Position numbers and translations under genes: made by a program. From Candidatus Hydrothermarchaeota archaeon (GTDB taxonomy: Archaea; CAYFZR01), in contig JBHIEG010000005.1 in NCBI GenBank assembly GCA_046760505.1, positions 1 to 64,000 of the forward strand: DNA of 64,000 nucleotides, read 5' to 3'. Each line of letters opens with the position of its first letter. The first letter of the stretch is position 1. Of this stretch, positions 9,340-17,971 are shown piece by piece. The notes beneath the pieces are model-generated. The model was not told the origin of the DNA and searched no databases. It saw only the letters and a program-made list of their open reading frames with translations.

Positions 9340-9537
9340 TCATGTTTGTGCTTCATTCAGTAACGCTTCAATTGAGGTATTCGTATAGTTGTACGCTCTC
9401 TGTGCCTTGTTTTTAGTTGCAGTAGCCTTTCCTCTCATGAACACCACGATAACTGCTACTACCGCTAGTGCGACTGCTATCATTAGAATGTACTCTAAGG
9501 CTCCTTGCCCTTCCTCTTCCCAGATCATTTTTCTCAA
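9340..9537 (-). CDS. Type IV / Flp-like pilin with class III signal peptide
   Basis: MRKMIWEEEG|QGALEYILMIAVALAVVAVIVVF: G-1, Q+1, E+5, hydrophobic helix; RBS GGAGGTG before TTG 9537. Confidence 0.85.
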   Translation of the reverse strand: MRKMIWEEEGQGALEYILMIAVALAVVAVIVVFMRGKATATKNKAQRAYNYTNTSIEALLNEAQT

Positions 9538-9669
9538 ACCTTGCACCTCCAGCGGGTTTTTTGATGATATAATGGACTCGATTGGAGATATAGTTTACGT
9601 AGACAATTTTGAGGATTTGGACGACACTTTTCTGGCTGCCGCAATTTTGAGAGTTAAATTGACATTTTT

Positions 9670-10581
9670 CTAAGTTCCGAATAAGAGAGCCGTTAAATAT
9701 TTTACCAGCCAGAAGATGCCTATTGATCCGGGAACGATCAATGCGGCGAATTTAAGACCCCTTTGCATCTCGCCGTATCTTATTACACCAATTACAAGTG
9801 AGCTTATCAATGCCTGAAAGGCAATGTAACCTAGTAATATGTATGTTACTTCCCTAACTGGAAAAACTTGGGCTCCGATTGTTCCGAAAAGGACCATGAT
9901 GGTCGCAATCATTCCTATGGCTAAGGGAGCCGCAAATCCCGATGCCGCCGCTATGAAAGAGACCTGCATCATTGTGGTTGCTGCTCGTTCTCTCTGTATT
10001 CTCTGAGTTTCTCTTATATCATTTGAAACTGCTTCAAGAACCTCAGAAAGTGCAGCGCCCATTCTCATGCCTTCCACTACCATTCTTATTGCACGATCGA
10101 AAATAACAGAGCCTACCCGCTTTCCCAGAGCCAGTAATGCGTGCTCGACCATTCTTCCCCTTCTTATTTCCATCAGAGTTTTTTCAAATTCCTCGGATAT
10201 TGCACCATACTTTGAGACAGCGACATCTTCCATGGCTCCCTCGATTCCTAAACCTGCTCTTAAGGTAAGAGCCATTTGCCTTAGAACTTCTGGAAGCATG
10301 TTTTCCATCTGGGTAACTCTTCTCGATCTCAATCCGTATGGAATCGCATAATAGAAGATAAAAAATATCACCAAGGGAGTGGTTAAGGCCAGAGGGAAGT
10401 ATGGAGTGGGTCTTAAAACCAATATAGCCAGGGGAGTGAGAACTACAATGATGAGGAAGATGATCGATAAATATTCGCTTGAGGACAGGGGTATTCCTGT
10501 CATCTCTAATTTTCTATCTGCACTTTTCAGTCTAGAAGGGGGTATTATTCTCTCAACTGCCTTTGCGAGTGTTGCGAGCAT
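9670..10581 (-). CDS. Type IV pilus membrane platform protein (TadC/T2SS-F family)
   Basis: LPEVLRQMA..LRAG.G.E.A, YG.ISEEF, G..L..VL..V..DI motifs; next to a pilus ATPase operon. Confidence 0.9.
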   Translation of the reverse strand: MLATLAKAVERIIPPSRLKSADRKLEMTGIPLSSSEYLSIIFLIIVVLTPLAILVLRPTPYFPLALTTPLVIFFIFYYAIPYGLRSRRVTQMENMLPEVLRQMALTLRAGLGIEGAMEDVAVSKYGAISEEFEKTLMEIRRGRMVEHALLALGKRVGSVIFDRAIRMVVEGMRMGAALSEVLEAVSNDIRETQRIQRERAATTMMQVSFIAAASGFAAPLAIGMIATIMVLFGTIGAQVFPVREVTYILLGYIAFQALISSLVIGVIRYGEMQRGLKFAALIVPGSIGIFWLVKYLTALLFGT

Positions 10582-10584
10582 TTT

Positions 10585-11139
10585 TCACCCTCTTTTATAA
10601 CCTAGTTCTTCTAAGTCCTTGTAAATTATATCCCTTGATACCGTAAAAATTTCCGCCACCTTTGAAATGTTTAGTGCCTTCGGGTCTCCCCCTAACAATG
10701 AGATGGCGTTCCTTAGTATTTCTCTCCTACTACCCTTATCAACTGGTATTTCGGTCTGGGAGTTCTCGTTGATCGCCACAATTATTGTTGAGTAGACCCT
10801 TCCGGGAATTGGGGTTGTGGTTGTCTTTACAAAAAAATCTGCTATGCTACCGTTCAAGTCCTTTAAGATGTTATTTATTTTCCTCTCAGCATTTTTTAGG
10901 GCTTGTTCCTCACTTATTCCTCTTTCGTTCACGAATACAACTTTCTTTTTAGCATAGTTGTCTCCGCTAACCGAGAGGGCTATTTCTATGACTGCTCCTC
11001 CGACCCCTGCTTCAATGCTTACCCTCATCTTTTCGATATTTCCACCTATTCCTGTTAGTTTCTTGTTTATCTCCTCTCCTGCTTTTTCTAATGCAGTTTT
11101 AACATCACTTCCGCTCTTGCATACCCCTACGATCCTCAT
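10585..11139 (-). CDS. Hypothetical protein with two tandem alpha/beta repeats and C-terminal HTH
   Basis: Internal repeat (SDVKTALEKAGEEINKKL / SEEQALKNAERKINNIL); LNISKVAEIFTVSRDIIYKDL HTH. Confidence 0.75.
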   Translation of the reverse strand: MRIVGVCKSGSDVKTALEKAGEEINKKLTGIGGNIEKMRVSIEAGVGGAVIEIALSVSGDNYAKKKVVFVNERGISEEQALKNAERKINNILKDLNGSIADFFVKTTTTPIPGRVYSTIIVAINENSQTEIPVDKGSRREILRNAISLLGGDPKALNISKVAEIFTVSRDIIYKDLEELGYKRG

Positions 11140-12509
11140 TATACCTGAGGCTCCATTTTCTTAACGAAAAGACCAAAGTAGAATAGCATGAACGGAATTA
11201 GGATGAGATAAAGGATCGCTAGAACTGACGTGGAAAATACCATGGCTCCCGCAAGCGTTGAAACAGCCATATTTGTTGCCATTAGCATAACCGGAGCGAC
11301 AACCGAGAGCATCATGTACAAGAGCCCGAACGTATTCAAGGTTTGAGCGTAGTCTCTTAACTTCATCCTTAACTCAAATCCTACCTCGTCCGCTAAGATG
11401 GTAAGAGTTTCTGCAAGGTCTCCACCGGTGCGCATGGCCCTTATCATGTTTCTTACCGTTTTTTGGATTCCTTCAGTGGGAATTCTCTGAGAAAGCCTTT
11501 CAAATGCTTCTTCTACCGGAACGCCGCGGTTGATATCCAGTATAACCCTTCCGAATTCTTCTGAAAGGGCACCATATCCTGCATTCGCCACAGAGGTGAG
11601 GCTTTCAAACAGGCCTATTCCAGATTGCAGTTGAGTTGCAAGATGTCTCAGAGCGAATGGAATGGCTCTATTTGCTTCCCCGGCTCTTCTATTTGCGACC
11701 TGTTTTGGATACATTCTTACGATTAATAAGACTAAAACTGCTGCTATAATGGAGAATGGAATTGAGTACAAGGGGAGGAAAAATACAGAAACTGCGAAAA
11801 CGGCGGCTCCTGCCATCAGAGAAAAACCTATCATCATTGCCACGTATTTTATGGGAGTAATGAATAAATGGGCTCGATAAAGATCATCGTCTAAACCGGT
11901 GAAAAATCTAACAGAGCCTGAGGCTCCCCTTCCAAAAACAGAATAGAAAATATCAGCAAGTCTTTCGGCTAGGGGTCTTTCCAATTCTACTCTTTTCCAT
12001 TCTTCCTCTTCTCCTTCCATCGCTGATACAGTTTCCTTATAGAATTCCTGCAGTTCTTTAAGTTCCTTCAATCTTTCGGCGACCGCGCTGTCCACTTTTC
12101 TTTCAGGTCTGAGGCTTTTTAGGACGGAACCTATTTTCTCTCCGATTTCAAATGAGCCGAATATACCACCTATCCTGCTAACTCCTGAGGGCTTAGCCAT
12201 AGATTCTCTTGCAAATACCTTTTCTACGCCTTTAGCACGCTCAGCTGTCTTTACGATTCCATCGCCGGTTTTTTCGACAGATACTATAACGCCGCCGCCT
12301 ACTGTTGTTAAAAACCTCCTCAGACCTTTTTCGGTATATTTCTGACTTTTTTCAATTTCTCTTGATTGTAGAATTAGATTTTCGACTTCTTTTGCTACCT
12401 TTTCGCTTTTCTCGGTTTTAAACACTTCTTTCTCTGCTTTTTCATCTTTCTCCATCTTTTTCTTTCTAAGCAGTTCTTCTAATTTATCGAGGTCAAACTT
12501 TTTTGGCAA
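11139..12509 (-). CDS. Type IV pilus membrane platform protein (TadB/T2SS-F family) with long N-terminal extension
   Basis: IPFALRHLATQLQSGIGL, GYGALSEEF, TGGDLAETL motifs. Confidence 0.9.
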   Translation of the reverse strand: MPKKFDLDKLEELLRKKKMEKDEKAEKEVFKTEKSEKVAKEVENLILQSREIEKSQKYTEKGLRRFLTTVGGGVIVSVEKTGDGIVKTAERAKGVEKVFARESMAKPSGVSRIGGIFGSFEIGEKIGSVLKSLRPERKVDSAVAERLKELKELQEFYKETVSAMEGEEEEWKRVELERPLAERLADIFYSVFGRGASGSVRFFTGLDDDLYRAHLFITPIKYVAMMIGFSLMAGAAVFAVSVFFLPLYSIPFSIIAAVLVLLIVRMYPKQVANRRAGEANRAIPFALRHLATQLQSGIGLFESLTSVANAGYGALSEEFGRVILDINRGVPVEEAFERLSQRIPTEGIQKTVRNMIRAMRTGGDLAETLTILADEVGFELRMKLRDYAQTLNTFGLLYMMLSVVAPVMLMATNMAVSTLAGAMVFSTSVLAILYLILIPFMLFYFGLFVKKMEPQV

Positions 12510-14174
12510 TTAGGTAACCCCCCTACTTGCCATTGCGATATCAAGTAGTGTGTCAGGTTCTTGGTAGTACAACTGGACTATCTGGCCCACCTCTTCTACG
12601 CTCCTGATTCCTTTCTCAATCATCCATCTCAATATCTCTTCTCTCTTCTTAATTTCTGTGTTTAATTCATCTCCGACCATCCCAGCATATTCTCCAATCT
12701 CCTGTTTCAGTCTGCTGGGCACACCTGTGGGCCTTATGGTATCTGTTTTTGGATCCCATTCGTAGATCCTGTTTAATTGTATCTTACCTCTCTCCATTCC
12801 TGCTACCTCTGCTATCTCGGTGACTCTCCTTATAGATCCTTTTTCTCTGTGATGATACCTGTTCTGCATGATGATTAGATCCAAAGAGGGGATCATAATT
12901 TCCGGAACATTCATTGGTGCACTAGTTAAACGCGTTATTGTTTCCTGTGCACTATTTGAATGGATTGTACCCATGCATCCATCATGACCTGTGTTCATCG
13001 CGGTAAATAGAGTTTTCGCCTCTGGACCTCTCACTTCTCCAACTATTATTCTGTCAGGCCTCATTCTGAGGGTATTTTTCACCAAGTCATTCATGGATAT
13101 CTCTCCACGACCCTCAATGTTGGCGGGCCTAGTCTCTAGTCTTACCCAGTGTTTTATGGGTAACTTCAACTCAGCAGTATCTTCTATGGTAACGACTCGA
13201 TCTGTATCAGGTATAAAGGTGGCCAATGAATTTGCGGTAGTGGTTTTTCCGCTTCCTGTACCTCCTGAAACAAGAATGTTGGCTGGCTTTGTTCCCAGTC
13301 CTTCGACGCAGAGCCAGAGAAACGCGGCAACATCTGGACTTAAGGTCCTGAAGTTCATTATATCAACTATGGTAAGGGGATCTTCGCGGAATTTTCTTAT
13401 CGTAAGTGTTGGGCCATCTAAAGAGACGGGTGGTATGGTAGCGTTAACCCTACTTCCGTCAGGTAATCTTGCATCCAGCAGGGGGCTCTGATGATCTATT
13501 CTCCGGCCTATTGGTCGGGCAATTCTTTCGATTATCAGCTTTATATCCTCGTCACTCTCGAAAACTAAATTTGTTTTACACATGTCGTATTTTCTATGTG
13601 CGACGTACACTGGTTTACCGGTTGCGATGACCATTACCTCTTCTAGGTTATCATCTTCTATCAGATAATCGAGCAAGCCATAACCTATCATGTTGGAAGT
13701 AATATATTCTGCCAGTAATTTTCTTTTTCCTGGAGAAATAGAAGGATCAGTTTTTTTTATGAGCTCTTCGATTTCGTTCATGAATATTTGACGTCTCATT
13801 ACCGGATCAGGTATAGAATCAGGATCTATCTTTATCTCACTAATCGCAAGTTCCCTTATTTTTTTAATCAGTTCCTTTTCTTCCGTGAATTTTGGTATAT
13901 TTACTTTGTAGATGGGAATCGACTCCCTACCTACCTGCAATATTTCAACTCTGCCATAACTGTCGATTACATCTGCATCTCTGTATTCCCTTTCTGTTAT
14001 TGCATCTTCAGTTAGTACTCTTTCAAAAGATTTAATTTCAGGTTTAGATTCAGCTTCTGAAACAGGATTGGTTTTAGTTTGTTCGCCTTTAGATAAAATC
14101 TCGTCTAAGAATTTTTTTGAGTCTTGAGATCTTAAGCCGGTTAGTTTTTTTATTCTCTCTTCTTTTTCGCTCAT
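12510..14174 (-). CDS. Type IV pilus assembly ATPase (CpaF/TadA/VirB11 family)
   Basis: DARLPDGSRVNA, Walker A GGTGSGKTT, TIEDTAEL, LRMRPDRIIVGEVRG, MNTGH. Confidence 0.95.
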   Translation of the reverse strand: MSEKEERIKKLTGLRSQDSKKFLDEILSKGEQTKTNPVSEAESKPEIKSFERVLTEDAITEREYRDADVIDSYGRVEILQVGRESIPIYKVNIPKFTEEKELIKKIRELAISEIKIDPDSIPDPVMRRQIFMNEIEELIKKTDPSISPGKRKLLAEYITSNMIGYGLLDYLIEDDNLEEVMVIATGKPVYVAHRKYDMCKTNLVFESDEDIKLIIERIARPIGRRIDHQSPLLDARLPDGSRVNATIPPVSLDGPTLTIRKFREDPLTIVDIMNFRTLSPDVAAFLWLCVEGLGTKPANILVSGGTGSGKTTTANSLATFIPDTDRVVTIEDTAELKLPIKHWVRLETRPANIEGRGEISMNDLVKNTLRMRPDRIIVGEVRGPEAKTLFTAMNTGHDGCMGTIHSNSAQETITRLTSAPMNVPEIMIPSLDLIIMQNRYHHREKGSIRRVTEIAEVAGMERGKIQLNRIYEWDPKTDTIRPTGVPSRLKQEIGEYAGMVGDELNTEIKKREEILRWMIEKGIRSVEEVGQIVQLYYQEPDTLLDIAMASRGVT

Positions 14175-14387
14175 AGGAGCACCATAAATCAGAAGTTATC
14201 TTGTAATACTTTTATGGTTACATTGCCTTAACTTTTTTGGTAATTTGCTCATTTCGTAAGTAAGGATACGCTTGGTTGAATGGATATAGTAGTTTCATAA
14301 ACTAATAATTCTTTTTGTTACAATTTTGAAAAACTCTTAGGCATAATTGTCTGGTCAAAAATATAATTAGTTTAGGTCATGGCTAAA

Positions 14388-15449
14388 TCAAGGAATCTTG
14401 AATCTAAAATCCCTCTTTTGCATCTTTAGGACGACCAAAGGCAGATTATCTTCTACTTCCAAAGATATCTTATCTAATACAGAATTCAAATCTTCCTTCG
14501 ATTTTAGGTAAAGAACTGCCAGAATGTTCCATTCTGATGCATTTTCGGTTAGAAATTTTGTCTCTTCGAGATCTTTCAGGTACGAAATGACTTTTTCTTT
14601 GTTTTGGGGAGTTACCTTTACCAGCAAGGCTACTGGAAAAAGTCTTCCCACCTTAGCCGGATCTATGGACATCGTATATCTCTCTATTATCTTGTCTTCT
14701 TCCAATCTCTTTACCCTATACCTGATGGTTGCCTCGCTAACTCCTATTTCATTTGCTATCTCTCTGAATGACTTTCTTGAATTCTGCTGTAATCTTTCTA
14801 AAATCTTAGAATCTAATTTATCCAAGGGTACACCAGGCTTAACCATTATTGGAGTGAGTATGGCTCTGTAACTTCTCAATATTTCTTCCTTATAATCTGC
14901 TATCTTCTCTGGATTTAGTAAGTACTCATAAGTCTCCATTGTCTCTACGTTATTTTTTCTGAAGGTGGAATTACAGTAAATGCAGTTAATCTCCTCGTTT
15001 GGAACCTGGAAAAAGTTTTTACATTTATTGCAGAAGTAAACATCGGTTACCCTTGTATAGTCGACTCCCAGCGACTTTAAAGGCAAGTCACATTTTGGAC
15101 ATCTTAATCTTGAAAATTCATCTTCCAGATCTATGTGTCCGCATTCAAAGTGCTCAATGTAAGATGCCTTTCTGATGTTTGATGAATTACAAAGTGAGCA
15201 TGTGGATTTTAGTTTAAAAACGAATTTATGACAGTTTGGACATGAGTATATCTTATCATAGGTTTTTTTTATCAGGAATCCGTTTGAATGTAATCCCTCA
15301 AGTATTTTAATGGTTTCTTCTCCTCTAGTTCCCAGTACATCATCTGCTTCGGGATAAGAAATTCCTTCGAGATCTATGTATGGAGATAGCGAATTCTTGC
15401 TTTCTGTTATCATCATTCCCAGTAAATCAATCTCTTTCTTACCGAGCAT
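14388..15449 (-). CDS. TackOD1-like multi-Zn-ribbon domain fused to Lrp/AsnC transcriptional regulator
   Basis: CPNC, CSLC, HFECGH, CPKC, GVDY, CNKC, CIYC, then LDKLDSKILERLQQNSRKSFREIANEIGVSEATIRYRVKRLE (AsnC HTH) and a RAM-like C-terminus. Confidence 0.8.
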   Translation of the reverse strand: MLGKKEIDLLGMMITESKNSLSPYIDLEGISYPEADDVLGTRGEETIKILEGLHSNGFLIKKTYDKIYSCPNCHKFVFKLKSTCSLCNSSNIRKASYIEHFECGHIDLEDEFSRLRCPKCDLPLKSLGVDYTRVTDVYFCNKCKNFFQVPNEEINCIYCNSTFRKNNVETMETYEYLLNPEKIADYKEEILRSYRAILTPIMVKPGVPLDKLDSKILERLQQNSRKSFREIANEIGVSEATIRYRVKRLEEDKIIERYTMSIDPAKVGRLFPVALLVKVTPQNKEKVISYLKDLEETKFLTENASEWNILAVLYLKSKEDLNSVLDKISLEVEDNLPLVVLKMQKRDFRFKIP

Positions 15450-15453
15450 GGAA

Positions 15454-16191
15454 TTATTTCTCCCTAATGAGTCTTAAACCATTTGAGTCTATTGTAAAAG
15501 GTATTAGCTCAGGTGAATGATTTGTGCCTCGCATCTTCAGTATCTCTAATGCGCGCACCCTTCTGTTACCTTTTCTCAAGTAGTATAGCACGATAACTCC
15601 ATCCGCAATGAAAGTCTCTATGCCGAAACGGCCCGTAGGGCTCCTTGGAGATGATTCAGCGATCATGAGAGTGGTCATGTTCTTGCTTTCCATGGATTTT
15701 GCCAAAACTGATATTTCCTGTCTCACCCTGAAGGTATTTGATTCATAGAATTCGAGAGATGATATTGGATCAAATACAATGCGTGTCGCATTTATTTGCT
15801 GAATGTTCTCATGAACTAGGCTTGCAAGATTTTCAACAGAAAAATCGCGGTACCCGGATGTGGATACTCTCTCTAAAATGTATTTCTCCTTTGAGAGTCT
15901 CGTTGGTATGGCTCTCACAATTCTCAACAAATCTGATTCTATCAACGCATCTAGATCCCATCCAAATCTCATCATATTTGCCTTGATTTTTTCAGGTTCT
16001 TCTTCGAGTACGACCAGCACTCCTGGCTCATCGTATTGGAGGGCGCCTTTCACTAGGAACTGGGTGGCCATTATGCTTTTACCTGTTCCTGCGGCGCCCA
16101 CTATTAGGATTGTTCTCTTTTTTGGAAATCCCCCCTCGATCAATGGATCCAGTCCATCGATACCAGAGGATATCCTTTCCACCCCTCTCAT
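15454..16191 (-). CDS. KaiC-like (RAD55) single-domain ATPase
   Basis: SSGIDGLD.LI.GGFP, GAAGTGKS, LEE, FGWDL, ADGVIVL, RALEILKMRGT.H. Confidence 0.92.
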   Translation of the reverse strand: MRGVERISSGIDGLDPLIEGGFPKKRTILIVGAAGTGKSIMATQFLVKGALQYDEPGVLVVLEEEPEKIKANMMRFGWDLDALIESDLLRIVRAIPTRLSKEKYILERVSTSGYRDFSVENLASLVHENIQQINATRIVFDPISSLEFYESNTFRVRQEISVLAKSMESKNMTTLMIAESSPRSPTGRFGIETFIADGVIVLYYLRKGNRRVRALEILKMRGTNHSPELIPFTIDSNGLRLIREK

Positions 16192-16201
16192 ACTTCACCT
16201 C

Positions 16202-16284
16202 TGGGAACCTGTAAAATTACTTCAAACCTATTTTTAAGGTTTATAGAATCACATATATAGGTTTGTATGTTCCCATCTGGGTTT
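16202..16284. promoter_or_regulatory. Promoter of kaiC-like/Lrp operon with nested inverted repeats
   Basis: TGGGAAC(16202)/GTTCCCA(16269) and CAAACCTAT(16223)/ATAGGTTTG(16257) flank a minus-strand TATA-like CTTAAAAA. Confidence 0.4.
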
Positions 16285-16358
16285 ATGAGTTATCGGAAAA
16301 TTCCACCATTTTTTATCGTTTTTTCAAGGAAAAACTTAGGTTAAATCGTTCCTATTCA

Positions 16359-16970
16359 TTATTTAGGAATCAATCTGTAGGCAAGAGTTGCGGTGATTTC
16401 TGATTCGATGAAGGCCGCGATTATAAATAAGAGAATGGAAATGAAGAACAAGATAATAGAAGATCTAATTCCTTTCTTTACATCTTCCATTTCTCTTTCG
16501 ACGGTAAAGGTGATTAAAGACTTCCAAAACCTGATTCCCGCGGTACCAACCAAGATCAAGGCTGGTATTTCAAATATTCCATGTGGAACTAATAGAAATA
16601 GGACCGTATAGATATTTAGGCCCTTTTCAACCATAAAAAATACCATATAGGCTATTATGGATGCATTGGCAACTAAATACAGGCAAGTTCCAATTAAAGG
16701 AGCGGGAATATACTGCTCATCGTAGGGAATGACGCTCAGATAGATCAGAGAGGCGGTTATTAGATTATGCTTGAAGATAGATCCTGGTGAAATGGTTAAT
16801 TCACCGGTTCGAATTTGTTTCACTATTTCATTATAAACTGGCTCTATAACATCCTTAATTCCAGATTGGCTCCCCTGAAGTGAAATTGATGTTACTGCAA
16901 AGGATAGAGAAAACAGTAGGGAGCAAAAAAATATGATCTTTATGTTTTCTTTAATTAATTCCCCTATCAT
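16359..16970 (-). CDS. SpoIIM-family membrane protein
   Basis: IFKHN, LLVPHGIFEIPA, AAFIESEIT motifs. Confidence 0.88.
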   Translation of the reverse strand: MIGELIKENIKIIFFCSLLFSLSFAVTSISLQGSQSGIKDVIEPVYNEIVKQIRTGELTISPGSIFKHNLITASLIYLSVIPYDEQYIPAPLIGTCLYLVANASIIAYMVFFMVEKGLNIYTVLFLLVPHGIFEIPALILVGTAGIRFWKSLITFTVEREMEDVKKGIRSSIILFFISILLFIIAAFIESEITATLAYRLIPK

Positions 16971-17101
16971 TTAGGGCACTCCATGTTTTAAGTCGTCTTC
17001 AAGGGTTCTATAGGATATTGAGATCTTCATAGATAAAAGTTTTAAGTAAAAAAGAAAAAAAATAGTAGGCAAAAAAATGAGAACTCTTGGAGGGGAGATG
17101 T

Positions 17102-17971
17102 TTGCGTGAACCGCTGGTATTTATCAACGGTGAACTTGTTCCAAAAAAAGAGGCAAAAGTCTCCGTATTCGATCACGGTTACCTTTATGGAGATGGTGTT
17201 TTCGAAGGTATACGCGCGTACAATGGAAGGGTCTTCAAACTAAATGAACACATAGATCGGTTATATGAATCAGCCCATACAATAATGCTGAAAATTCCCA
17301 TATCAAAGGAAGAAATGAAAGAGAACGTGTTAAAGACACTTCGTGCCAACGGACTTAAGGACTCCTACATCCGTCTGGTTGTTTCGAGAGGCGAGGGCGA
17401 TCTTGGTTTAGATCCAAGGAAATGTGAAGGAAATGCCACAATAGTTATAATAGCGGAGAGACTCGAATTATATGACCAAAGTGATGTTGGAATTAAAATC
17501 ATTACTGCTTCCACTAGGAATCGATCGCCTGATTGTCTCAGTCCCAACATAAAAACCCTCAACTATCTAAGCAATATTCTGGCAAAAATAGAGGCTATCC
17601 AAGCAAATGCTCAGGAGGCGATTATGCTAGATTCCAGAGGTTTCGTTGCAGAATGCACCGGAGACAACATCTTTTTCGTAAAGAAGCGAACGATCTTCAC
17701 ACCTCCTGTGCACAATATACTTAAGGGAATAACAAGAGAGGTCGTATTCCAGATTGCAAATGAATTTAAAGTCCCGATAATTGAAAGAGAGTGCACCTTA
17801 CACGAATTATACAACGCTGATGAGGTATTTTTAACCGGTACGGGAGCCGAAATAGTTCCAGTGGTAGAAATTGACGGAAGGCGAATTGGTAATGGAAAGC
17901 CAGGGGAACTTACAAAGAGAATACTCTCAAGATTTAGAGAAATCACACAAACCGAGGGAGTTCCGATTTGA
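17102..17971 (+). CDS. ilvE: Branched-chain amino acid aminotransferase
   Basis: DHG.LYGDGVFEGIR, K.LNYL, E..G.NIF, L.GITR, DEVFLTGT.AE; TTG start after GGAGGGG. Confidence 0.95.
   Translation: MREPLVFINGELVPKKEAKVSVFDHGYLYGDGVFEGIRAYNGRVFKLNEHIDRLYESAHTIMLKIPISKEEMKENVLKTLRANGLKDSYIRLVVSRGEGDLGLDPRKCEGNATIVIIAERLELYDQSDVGIKIITASTRNRSPDCLSPNIKTLNYLSNILAKIEAIQANAQEAIMLDSRGFVAECTGDNIFFVKKRTIFTPPVHNILKGITREVVFQIANEFKVPIIERECTLHELYNADEVFLTGTGAEIVPVVEIDGRRIGNGKPGELTKRILSRFREITQTEGVPI

Noticed and set aside
14290-14304. Palindrome TAGTTT-CAT-AAACTA upstream of the pilus ATPase
   Set aside because: Only 6-bp arms in very AT-rich DNA; could be chance.
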